Shown one piece after another: positions 54,416 through 64,000 of a stretch of DNA of 64,000 nucleotides (its first letter is position 1; each line of letters starts with the position of its first letter). The position numbers were made by a program, and so were the translations under genes. The notes beneath the pieces are model-generated. The model did no database searches. It was not told where the DNA came from and saw nothing but the letters and a program-made list of their open reading frames with translations. The DNA is from Naegleria gruberi (taxonomy: Eukaryota): NCBI GenBank assembly GCA_000004985.1, contig GG738876.1; one strand, given 5' to 3'.

Positions 54416-56329
54416 ATGAAAACACTTGCTAACAAGGTTATTTCATCATCAATTATTACCGCTTCTCGAGGATCCTCTCTCAAGAATGGTTCTATTCTTG
54501 TTGGTGGTACTTTTAATACATTACCATTGATCAATATTGGAAAACATCATCCATCATTTTCAATAATTGAAATTGCTAGAAGAAATTATCATGCAACAAG
54601 TAGTAAAATGTTCTTTGATTTGAAAAAGGCCAAACAAGAAGCAGAGACTGTAGTTTATTCCGAACAAGAACAGAATGAATTGATCAAAAATTATCAACTA
54701 CTTGAGGACAAATTTCAGAGATTAACTGAGAATATTATTGAATATCGTAGAAATCATCCTACTCCTGTTCAATTAGAAACGAACCACTTATTTGTTCAAG
54801 TTTGTGATATTGTAAATTTTTGTTACAAAACCTTTCCGACAGGTAGTGCTCCAGTTAACATGCAAGTTAGATTCTTCAAATCAAATGTTGGAATGAAGTC
54901 ATATGTCTTGATGAAGAAGGTTGAGTTGTTAATGTTAAAGATTGTAAATCAAGAATGGTTCCCAGTTGAAACAATCAGAACTCAATTCCATGAGGAAAAT
55001 ATCATGGAATCCATTTCTGATGTTGTTCATCCTCCTGATACACCTATTGACGATACACTCTTCTTGTATGCTTCTTATAATACAGCCCTTTCTTATGCAG
55101 CTTTCATTCCAAAACTAAACATTAGAGATATGGTGAGACCAATCACAAAGGAAAATCTAATTGCTGCAACATTATTCTTGTTTAATCGATTGAAGGATTT
55201 TCCAGATTGGACCGATGAGTTTAGAGCTTATGTCGAGTGTGTCTTTTCAGATTATGAATCAGCCAAATTGGCTTATACTACTGCAAATCCAATTGAAAAT
55301 GAACCAGCTTTCCATTATAATGCTGATGATAATGCTTATTCTTACTTGGGAAAGACATTCACAGAGCACGAGTTTGATTGGTTCGAAGATATTGAAACAA
55401 ATATTCCAATTCATCTTGGAAATTTTATCAAAGCTGTGTCGGCTGCTGCTTATTTTGATGGAGATAGAAAGCAAAGTATTGATATTTTGGATGAATGTAT
55501 CAAAACTGATCCAAAGAATATTTATATTCACTATTTGAAGGCATCTTGTTTAAACAATCTCACTAGTTCAGAGTCAGACCTTAATATTGTTCGCAATAAT
55601 TACTCAGATGCTATTCATCATTTGGAGAAGGCATTGGCCTATCTTGAAAATATTCCAAAGTTGCCACTTCCTACTCTTGCAAAGACTAATTTTTCACACG
55701 AAATTGAAGAACCAGAAAAACAGGTTGAAAGAATTAACGATCTCAAATTCACACCAATTTGTTTATTATTGGCCAACGTGTATGCAAGAGCTGCTGAATC
55801 TGGAGTTTCAATAGATTTGCGACACATTTACGGTGCAAAGGGGGTCGATTATGTCAGACAAGTTGAATTATATTCAAGATCACCTAATGAGCCTTATTTG
55901 TATATGAGTAAGGGAGGTTGCTATTATGCTTGTGGTATGTATGAATTGGCAGTCAATGCCTATTCTTCTGTTGAAAGATTTGAAGCAGTTTTGGATCCAA
56001 ACGCCATCATTGACTCTCTTTGTTATGCTTCGAATGGAATGGTTGCTCTTGGGTATTCTGATAAGTGTTTGGAAGCAATGGAATTTTATATTGAAAAATA
56101 TAATAATGATGCGAGATTAGTTTTTCAAAAGATTCTCTGTAAAGAGTACATGTGTAGATCAAAGGATGAATTGAGACAGGTTTTGAAAGAATTCGAACAA
56201 TTAAAGGAGAGCATTCAAGATTTGAAACTCACTCCATGGATTTATTCAAGGGTTAACGAGCAAACCGATGCAAGAATTAACGATATTTTTGCAGCTATCA
56301 ACAATCCACAAATTGCTGAACGTTGGTAA
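54416..56329 (+). CDS. Hypothetical protein with TPR-like helical repeats; N-terminus resembles an organellar presequence
   Basis: 637-aa ORF. N-terminus MKTLANKVISSSIITASRGSSLKNGS is basic/hydroxylated and free of acidic residues. C-terminal helical-repeat-like segments (GGCYYACGMYELAVNAYSSVERFEAVLDPN). Last gene before the subtelomeric non-coding zone. Confidence 0.45.
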   Translation: MKTLANKVISSSIITASRGSSLKNGSILVGGTFNTLPLINIGKHHPSFSIIEIARRNYHATSSKMFFDLKKAKQEAETVVYSEQEQNELIKNYQLLEDKFQRLTENIIEYRRNHPTPVQLETNHLFVQVCDIVNFCYKTFPTGSAPVNMQVRFFKSNVGMKSYVLMKKVELLMLKIVNQEWFPVETIRTQFHEENIMESISDVVHPPDTPIDDTLFLYASYNTALSYAAFIPKLNIRDMVRPITKENLIAATLFLFNRLKDFPDWTDEFRAYVECVFSDYESAKLAYTTANPIENEPAFHYNADDNAYSYLGKTFTEHEFDWFEDIETNIPIHLGNFIKAVSAAAYFDGDRKQSIDILDECIKTDPKNIYIHYLKASCLNNLTSSESDLNIVRNNYSDAIHHLEKALAYLENIPKLPLPTLAKTNFSHEIEEPEKQVERINDLKFTPICLLLANVYARAAESGVSIDLRHIYGAKGVDYVRQVELYSRSPNEPYLYMSKGGCYYACGMYELAVNAYSSVERFEAVLDPNAIIDSLCYASNGMVALGYSDKCLEAMEFYIEKYNNDARLVFQKILCKEYMCRSKDELRQVLKEFEQLKESIQDLKLTPWIYSRVNEQTDARINDIFAAINNPQIAERW

Positions 56330-56640
56330 TAACTAAGCACATGGTCTAAGTTTGAAAAGGTGTTAAATAAACATCTTTTAACTTACCATTGTGATATATA
56401 ATAGTCTGATCTACATGTGTTGCAAACAGGAAGGTGTACCTTCCTATATTTATTGAGATAATCAATAAAGTTTGGAATGTGTCAGAAAAACTTGCCCTCT
56501 CGCCATTTTGCCATATTTGAGATCTGGACTTTTATAGTCTGGAAATAGGGTAGACGTGTTCCATATTCAATAATCTATATGAAAAAAAGAAGAAATAAAA
56601 TTAACTCTTGAATTGAGTATATAACGACTATTGATATTAC

Positions 56641-56658
56641 TATATATATATATATGGT
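56641..56658. repeat. (TA)n microsatellite
   Basis: CTATATATATATATATGG, direct reading. Confidence 0.8.
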
Positions 56659-58289
56659 ATTTGGATAATAAATTCCACAGAAATCACTCTTGAAATATAA
56701 AATGCACTAGAGTATGTGAGAAACATAATGGTGGTGAAACTGACCAATAACTCGCTGAAATGACTGATATGGAATGTAAACTATGGTCTATTATTCATGT
56801 AAGTGTGACTAGACAGTGTCAATTCCACTATAGTATTTCATACTGGATTGAAATCATCAAATATACTTCTATACATCACATATATCATGTAGAACTAGTT
56901 TCAATATTTAATATTGTGAGATGACTCTGTTGGATACCATCTCTATAAATATAACAAGATGAAAAGTGTCAATATATGTTTTCACATACATGTTACTATG
57001 AAGAGTCATCATTATATCATCTAAATAGGTAGTATTTATATATAACAATTGAACATATGATTCCTGTATCAATAATTCATTATTCAATGATTTAGATATG
57101 ATGGTAAAATTTAATTTTGGAATTAAGATTCTTCCCTATTGATTACCTTAGATGTTTCCTTAGTTGACTTGAAGTTTTTGAGCCATCAATATGAAACTTT
57201 CACAGATTGTTCTCCTCACCAAGAGGAGTGTATTCATATTGATACTTGTATGATATTTTGTAAAATGAATGAGATGGAGTATATTTTATATGTTGAAATG
57301 TGACAATTTGACAGATTGTTATTATTATCATACTGAATTCAACTCTAATAGACTTAAATTGATACCATATGTAGGTTGGGTTTGGTTAACCTGGCGCCGG
57401 ACGATTTTGTCCAAAAATCCTGCCTTTCGACCTAAAATTTTTTAGCTATGCCTTCTACACATCTATTTCTATCTACCATATTAATATCTAGTCTTGTCTT
57501 TAAGTAGTTTTCGAGAAAATAGCCTCTGATTAGAGGTCATTTTTCAATAAAATTTTCCCGCGGAAATTTCCCCGCTTTTAGTATTGGGTTTGGTTATCGT
57601 TTCGTACTATTGGATCTTCATTATTACTGAAATACATAATCAATGATATACATCATTAAATAGGTTACAATCTCAGCTATCCAGTGGGCTATAGATTGTG
57701 TATAGTTTCTTATATAATTATTGAGATAATCAGCAATTCCTCACTCAATATATTGCGATTTTACTATTCCTAGGGAAAGGTAAAAGAATGATCAGAAATT
57801 GATCAATAAAAAATATATGTCATACTAGAGATGATTTGCTATCGATTGGTGTTTCAACTTTTGGATTTCACTAAGTAATTATTGAATTATCACCGAGGGT
57901 TTGGGTTGGTGGGGTTTGGGTGAGTTTTATACACTTTCATACAATAGAGTGATATTGAAATGTACCCTTTGATATTTCTGGATGGGTAGCATGATTTAGT
58001 GATGATTCCGACAATAAAAATCATATATTGTTCATATAATTATCAAGATATTGTATAATTTATTAAATATAAAGTGGGTAATATTGAATATTCTTTGTAG
58101 GAGCGGAAGCACTTATTCTTGTCAGTTGGAGTCAGTATTGTATTAAGGTTCATTTAAGGAATCTTAAAAAAATACAATAACAACTCACCTGCATCAACAT
58201 CATCAAGTATATCATCTATATTGAATATAAAGCAACAGCAAGAATGTATGGAGTTGATTCAACATGATTATTGGATTGGAGAGATGGCA

Positions 58290-58580
58290 AAAATATTACT
58301 ATTATTGTATTTGTCAAGTTGGAAGTACCCTCAGGATCATCAGCGAGGTTTCCTCTTCATCTCTTCTTGTTAGAGAGGTTTTTCATCCACAAGATGGTCA
58401 TCTTCTTCAATTGAAGAGGTTGCTTTATTATTAAGCACTGAGAGAAGCGTTTTTAAATTTTATTTTGATGAAATAAATCAAAATTTATTACGCACAACAC
58501 ATCAAGAACAACAACAGCAACATGCTGATACACCATCATCATCACTGGGTGAATTGGCCATCATTGTTGTATAATTTCTT
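58290..58580. repeat. Subtelomeric dispersed repeat copy B (partner of 53800-54010), followed by His-rich partial ORF running into scaffold gap
   Basis: See copy A. The downstream ORF 58522-58753 (MLIHHHHHWVNWPSLLYNF...) is truncated by the N-run. Confidence 0.5.
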
Positions 58581-58753
58581 GGAATTTATTGGATTAACAG
58601 TAAATTTTGGAATTACTCTCCTATTGAAGATGGAACATCAGCAACATCACCAAGATGATCTTCAATTGGATAGTATTGTTTTCAGGAGTGGTTTCACGCT
58701 TTTTGTGGGCTCTTTCAACATACCATCATCAGAATGGTCATCATCTTGTTGAG

Positions 58754-61700
58754 NNNNNNNNNNNNNNNNNNNNNNNNNNNNNNNNNNNNNNNNNNNNNNN
58801 NNNNNNNNNNNNNNNNNNNNNNNNNNNNNNNNNNNNNNNNNNNNNNNNNNNNNNNNNNNNNNNNNNNNNNNNNNNNNNNNNNNNNNNNNNNNNNNNNNNN
58901 NNNNNNNNNNNNNNNNNNNNNNNNNNNNNNNNNNNNNNNNNNNNNNNNNNNNNNNNNNNNNNNNNNNNNNNNNNNNNNNNNNNNNNNNNNNNNNNNNNNN
59001 NNNNNNNNNNNNNNNNNNNNNNNNNNNNNNNNNNNNNNNNNNNNNNNNNNNNNNNNNNNNNNNNNNNNNNNNNNNNNNNNNNNNNNNNNNNNNNNNNNNN
59101 NNNNNNNNNNNNNNNNNNNNNNNNNNNNNNNNNNNNNNNNNNNNNNNNNNNNNNNNNNNNNNNNNNNNNNNNNNNNNNNNNNNNNNNNNNNNNNNNNNNN
59201 NNNNNNNNNNNNNNNNNNNNNNNNNNNNNNNNNNNNNNNNNNNNNNNNNNNNNNNNNNNNNNNNNNNNNNNNNNNNNNNNNNNNNNNNNNNNNNNNNNNN
59301 NNNNNNNNNNNNNNNNNNNNNNNNNNNNNNNNNNNNNNNNNNNNNNNNNNNNNNNNNNNNNNNNNNNNNNNNNNNNNNNNNNNNNNNNNNNNNNNNNNNN
59401 NNNNNNNNNNNNNNNNNNNNNNNNNNNNNNNNNNNNNNNNNNNNNNNNNNNNNNNNNNNNNNNNNNNNNNNNNNNNNNNNNNNNNNNNNNNNNNNNNNNN
59501 NNNNNNNNNNNNNNNNNNNNNNNNNNNNNNNNNNNNNNNNNNNNNNNNNNNNNNNNNNNNNNNNNNNNNNNNNNNNNNNNNNNNNNNNNNNNNNNNNNNN
59601 NNNNNNNNNNNNNNNNNNNNNNNNNNNNNNNNNNNNNNNNNNNNNNNNNNNNNNNNNNNNNNNNNNNNNNNNNNNNNNNNNNNNNNNNNNNNNNNNNNNN
59701 NNNNNNNNNNNNNNNNNNNNNNNNNNNNNNNNNNNNNNNNNNNNNNNNNNNNNNNNNNNNNNNNNNNNNNNNNNNNNNNNNNNNNNNNNNNNNNNNNNNN
59801 NNNNNNNNNNNNNNNNNNNNNNNNNNNNNNNNNNNNNNNNNNNNNNNNNNNNNNNNNNNNNNNNNNNNNNNNNNNNNNNNNNNNNNNNNNNNNNNNNNNN
59901 NNNNNNNNNNNNNNNNNNNNNNNNNNNNNNNNNNNNNNNNNNNNNNNNNNNNNNNNNNNNNNNNNNNNNNNNNNNNNNNNNNNNNNNNNNNNNNNNNNNN
60001 NNNNNNNNNNNNNNNNNNNNNNNNNNNNNNNNNNNNNNNNNNNNNNNNNNNNNNNNNNNNNNNNNNNNNNNNNNNNNNNNNNNNNNNNNNNNNNNNNNNN
60101 NNNNNNNNNNNNNNNNNNNNNNNNNNNNNNNNNNNNNNNNNNNNNNNNNNNNNNNNNNNNNNNNNNNNNNNNNNNNNNNNNNNNNNNNNNNNNNNNNNNN
60201 NNNNNNNNNNNNNNNNNNNNNNNNNNNNNNNNNNNNNNNNNNNNNNNNNNNNNNNNNNNNNNNNNNNNNNNNNNNNNNNNNNNNNNNNNNNNNNNNNNNN
60301 NNNNNNNNNNNNNNNNNNNNNNNNNNNNNNNNNNNNNNNNNNNNNNNNNNNNNNNNNNNNNNNNNNNNNNNNNNNNNNNNNNNNNNNNNNNNNNNNNNNN
60401 NNNNNNNNNNNNNNNNNNNNNNNNNNNNNNNNNNNNNNNNNNNNNNNNNNNNNNNNNNNNNNNNNNNNNNNNNNNNNNNNNNNNNNNNNNNNNNNNNNNN
60501 NNNNNNNNNNNNNNNNNNNNNNNNNNNNNNNNNNNNNNNNNNNNNNNNNNNNNNNNNNNNNNNNNNNNNNNNNNNNNNNNNNNNNNNNNNNNNNNNNNNN
60601 NNNNNNNNNNNNNNNNNNNNNNNNNNNNNNNNNNNNNNNNNNNNNNNNNNNNNNNNNNNNNNNNNNNNNNNNNNNNNNNNNNNNNNNNNNNNNNNNNNNN
60701 NNNNNNNNNNNNNNNNNNNNNNNNNNNNNNNNNNNNNNNNNNNNNNNNNNNNNNNNNNNNNNNNNNNNNNNNNNNNNNNNNNNNNNNNNNNNNNNNNNNN
60801 NNNNNNNNNNNNNNNNNNNNNNNNNNNNNNNNNNNNNNNNNNNNNNNNNNNNNNNNNNNNNNNNNNNNNNNNNNNNNNNNNNNNNNNNNNNNNNNNNNNN
60901 NNNNNNNNNNNNNNNNNNNNNNNNNNNNNNNNNNNNNNNNNNNNNNNNNNNNNNNNNNNNNNNNNNNNNNNNNNNNNNNNNNNNNNNNNNNNNNNNNNNN
61001 NNNNNNNNNNNNNNNNNNNNNNNNNNNNNNNNNNNNNNNNNNNNNNNNNNNNNNNNNNNNNNNNNNNNNNNNNNNNNNNNNNNNNNNNNNNNNNNNNNNN
61101 NNNNNNNNNNNNNNNNNNNNNNNNNNNNNNNNNNNNNNNNNNNNNNNNNNNNNNNNNNNNNNNNNNNNNNNNNNNNNNNNNNNNNNNNNNNNNNNNNNNN
61201 NNNNNNNNNNNNNNNNNNNNNNNNNNNNNNNNNNNNNNNNNNNNNNNNNNNNNNNNNNNNNNNNNNNNNNNNNNNNNNNNNNNNNNNNNNNNNNNNNNNN
61301 NNNNNNNNNNNNNNNNNNNNNNNNNNNNNNNNNNNNNNNNNNNNNNNNNNNNNNNNNNNNNNNNNNNNNNNNNNNNNNNNNNNNNNNNNNNNNNNNNNNN
61401 NNNNNNNNNNNNNNNNNNNNNNNNNNNNNNNNNNNNNNNNNNNNNNNNNNNNNNNNNNNNNNNNNNNNNNNNNNNNNNNNNNNNNNNNNNNNNNNNNNNN
61501 NNNNNNNNNNNNNNNNNNNNNNNNNNNNNNNNNNNNNNNNNNNNNNNNNNNNNNNNNNNNNNNNNNNNNNNNNNNNNNNNNNNNNNNNNNNNNNNNNNNN
61601 NNNNNNNNNNNNNNNNNNNNNNNNNNNNNNNNNNNNNNNNNNNNNNNNNNNNNNNNNNNNNNNNNNNNNNNNNNNNNNNNNNNNNNNNNNNNNNNNNNNN

Positions 61701-62899
61701 NNNNNNNNNNNNNNNNNNNNNNNNNNNNNNNNNNNNNNNNNNNNNNNNNNNNNNNNNNNNNNNNNNNNNNNNNNNNNNNNNNNNNNNNNNNNNNNNNNNN
61801 NNNNNNNNNNNNNNNNNNNNNNNNNNNNNNNNNNNNNNNNNNNNNNNNNNNNNNNNNNNNNNNNNNNNNNNNNNNNNNNNNNNNNNNNNNNNNNNNNNNN
61901 NNNNNNNNNNNNNNNNNNNNNNNNNNNNNNNNNNNNNNNNNNNNNNNNNNNNNNNNNNNNNNNNNNNNNNNNNNNNNNNNNNNNNNNNNNNNNNNNNNNN
62001 NNNNNNNNNNNNNNNNNNNNNNNNNNNNNNNNNNNNNNNNNNNNNNNNNNNNNNNNNNNNNNNNNNNNNNNNNNNNNNNNNNNNNNNNNNNNNNNNNNNN
62101 NNNNNNNNNNNNNNNNNNNNNNNNNNNNNNNNNNNNNNNNNNNNNNNNNNNNNNNNNNNNNNNNNNNNNNNNNNNNNNNNNNNNNNNNNNNNNNNNNNNN
62201 NNNNNNNNNNNNNNNNNNNNNNNNNNNNNNNNNNNNNNNNNNNNNNNNNNNNNNNNNNNNNNNNNNNNNNNNNNNNNNNNNNNNNNNNNNNNNNNNNNNN
62301 NNNNNNNNNNNNNNNNNNNNNNNNNNNNNNNNNNNNNNNNNNNNNNNNNNNNNNNNNNNNNNNNNNNNNNNNNNNNNNNNNNNNNNNNNNNNNNNNNNNN
62401 NNNNNNNNNNNNNNNNNNNNNNNNNNNNNNNNNNNNNNNNNNNNNNNNNNNNNNNNNNNNNNNNNNNNNNNNNNNNNNNNNNNNNNNNNNNNNNNNNNNN
62501 NNNNNNNNNNNNNNNNNNNNNNNNNNNNNNNNNNNNNNNNNNNNNNNNNNNNNNNNNNNNNNNNNNNNNNNNNNNNNNNNNNNNNNNNNNNNNNNNNNNN
62601 NNNNNNNNNNNNNNNNNNNNNNNNNNNNNNNNNNNNNNNNNNNNNNNNNNNNNNNNNNNNNNNNNNNNNNNNNNNNNNNNNNNNNNNNNNNNNNNNNNNN
62701 NNNNNNNNNNNNNNNNNNNNNNNNNNNNNNNNNNNNNNNNNNNNNNNNNNNNNNNNNNNNNNNNNNNNNNNNNNNNNNNNNNNNNNNNNNNNNNNNNNNN
62801 NNNNNNNNNNNNNNNNNNNNNNNNNNNNNNNNNNNNNNNNNNNNNNNNNNNNNNNNNNNNNNNNNNNNNNNNNNNNNNNNNNNNNNNNNNNNNNNNNNN
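58754..62899. other. Scaffold gap (4146 N) between subtelomere and terminal telomere-associated sequence
   Basis: Uninterrupted run of N. The giant six-frame ORFs spanning it are artefacts. Confidence 0.99.
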
Positions 62900-63600
62900 G
62901 AATTGATATGAAATTCAATACCAATTATTGAAATACCATGATTAATTGATCTATATATGATGCTATAATTGAAAGATTTTAAAATTAATATCATTTCATT
63001 ATCTTGATATTCATTATTCCCATGATTACACTCCTGACATGTTGAATGATATCAAATTGTCATGAAACTGATACAGTAGTGTTTATTCACCATTAGTAAG
63101 GTACTGTATCAATTTCATAATGATCTGTATAGTAGATGTCATTGTCTCATCCCTGTAGGTATCAAGTGGATCAGCCATGTACCATGAATGATATGGATGA
63201 TCTTCAAAATCATATAGATATATTTAATTATCATGTATAGATGTATTGGAAGTGAATTGAAGTGGTATAGATTTCTATCTTCAATGTTAGTATAGGTCAG
63301 TTGACAAGTTGAATAGTTAATTTCCTTAGATGATTCCACAGTACCTGAAATTGATACATGTTGTTACCAACATGATTTATAAGGTGATATATTGATTTGA
63401 ATTGATTTTGAAATGTTTTCATTGATATTCTAATTGTCTAATCTATTATATGAAATTAACTTATATAAGTCATTATAATGATGTAATATTATGTTATAAT
63501 ATGATTATATATTCAATTTGGAGTATATTGATATATAATATATTGATTTATAATGAGTATTTATTGAGATAATCAATTAAGATGACTAAAAATCAAAATG

Positions 63601-64000
63601 TTGGGTTTGGGTTTGGGGTTGGGTTTGGGTTTGGGTTTGGGTTTGGGTTTGGGTTTGGGTTTGGGTTTGGGTTTGGGTTTGGGTTTGGGTTTGGGTTTGG
63701 GTTTGGGTTTGGGTTTGGGTTTGGGTTTGGGTTTGGGTTTGGGTTTGGGTTTGGGTTTGGGTTTGGGTTTGGGTTTGGGTTTGGGTTTGGGTTTGGGTTT
63801 GGGTTTGGGTTTGGGTTTGGGTTTGGGTTTGGGTTTGGGTTTGGGTTTGGGTTTGGGTTTGGGTTTGGGTTTGGGTTTGGGTTTGGGTTTGGGTTTGGGT
63901 TTGGGTTTGGGTTTGGGTTTGGGTTGGGTTTGGGTTTGGGTTTGGGTTTGGGTTTGGGTTTGGGTTTGGGTTTGGGTTTGGGTTTGGGTTTGGGTTTGGC
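63601..64000 (+). repeat. Telomere repeat array (TTTGGG)n with occasional TTGGG/TTTGGGG variants, about 65 units, G-rich strand 5'->3' toward the window end (right chromosome terminus)
   Basis: Direct reading. The array begins after the unique junction ...GAGATAATCAATTAAGATGACTAAAAATCAAAATG and runs to the last base of the window. Confidence 0.9.

Noticed and set aside
58655-62994. Four giant six-frame ORFs (about 1400 aa each) spanning 58.6-63.0 kb
   Set aside because: They consist almost entirely of X translated from the 4146-nt N-run, so they are artefacts of the scaffold gap and not genes.
63601-64000. Idea that the organism is a Paramecium-like ciliate because TTTGGG/TTGGGG telomeres occur there
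   Set aside because: Genes in this window terminate with TAA/TAG (for example P450 at 4636-4638 TAA, Pmp3 TAG). Long ORFs lack internal TAA/TAG, so the ciliate nuclear code is excluded.
1-64000. CRISPR arrays, prokaryotic operons, defence islands, rRNA genes
   Set aside because: None present. The sequence is eukaryotic nuclear DNA with spliceosomal introns and a telomere. The only tandem array is the telomere itself.

Overview
This is an AT-rich (about one-third GC), gene-dense nuclear segment from a eukaryote, not a prokaryote. It has short GT..AG introns of roughly 29-100 nt, uses TAA/TAG/TGA as ordinary stops, and has abundant Asn/Ser/Thr/Gln homopolymer tracts in proteins, all of which suggests an amoebozoan or dictyostelid-like protist. 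The window runs from internal housekeeping and signalling genes into a subtelomere and ends in about 400 bp of (TTTGGG)n telomere repeat, preceded by a 4.1 kb scaffold gap. Two shorter N-gaps lie at 19656-19704 and 23903-23952.

I could support about 30 protein-coding genes, several with introns I resolved by hand:
- a cytochrome P450 with three exons
- a CobW/ZNG1-type GTPase
- an RluA pseudouridine synthase
- a secreted subtilase with two exons
- an LRR protein
- a Gfo/Idh/MocA oxidoreductase
- a CTD-phosphatase-like (FCP1 homology) protein
- a bacterial-type PARG-like macrodomain protein
- an MGST1-like MAPEG protein
- two tandem near-identical genes fusing a DOMON domain to a ferric-reductase/NOX module; both carry apparent frameshifts
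- an N-myristoylated RhoGAP
- a class-I aminotransferase
- a Ykt6-like prenylated SNARE
- a CLC chloride channel with CBS domains
- a protein combining an F-box, an acidic tract, a CCHC knuckle and an SDR-like domain
- a Pmp3 proteolipid that the ORF track missed
- a WD40 protein
- a UBE3C/Hul5-like HECT ligase
- an F-box protein
- an ACG-like sensor adenylate cyclase with five exons, two TMs, HAMP and a cyclase domain

Other features are two intron-less tRNAs (Asp-GUC, Leu-CAA), a transposon-like element with perfect 57-bp terminal inverted repeats, a subtelomeric repeat pair, and internal copies of the telomere-junction motif with short telomere-like tracts.

I found no prokaryotic-style defence or CRISPR system. 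The most unusual parts are the subtelomere architecture, the TIR element, the frameshifted DOMON-NOX pair and the ultra-short-intron cyclase gene. All functional calls rest on motif recognition by eye; no database search was run.
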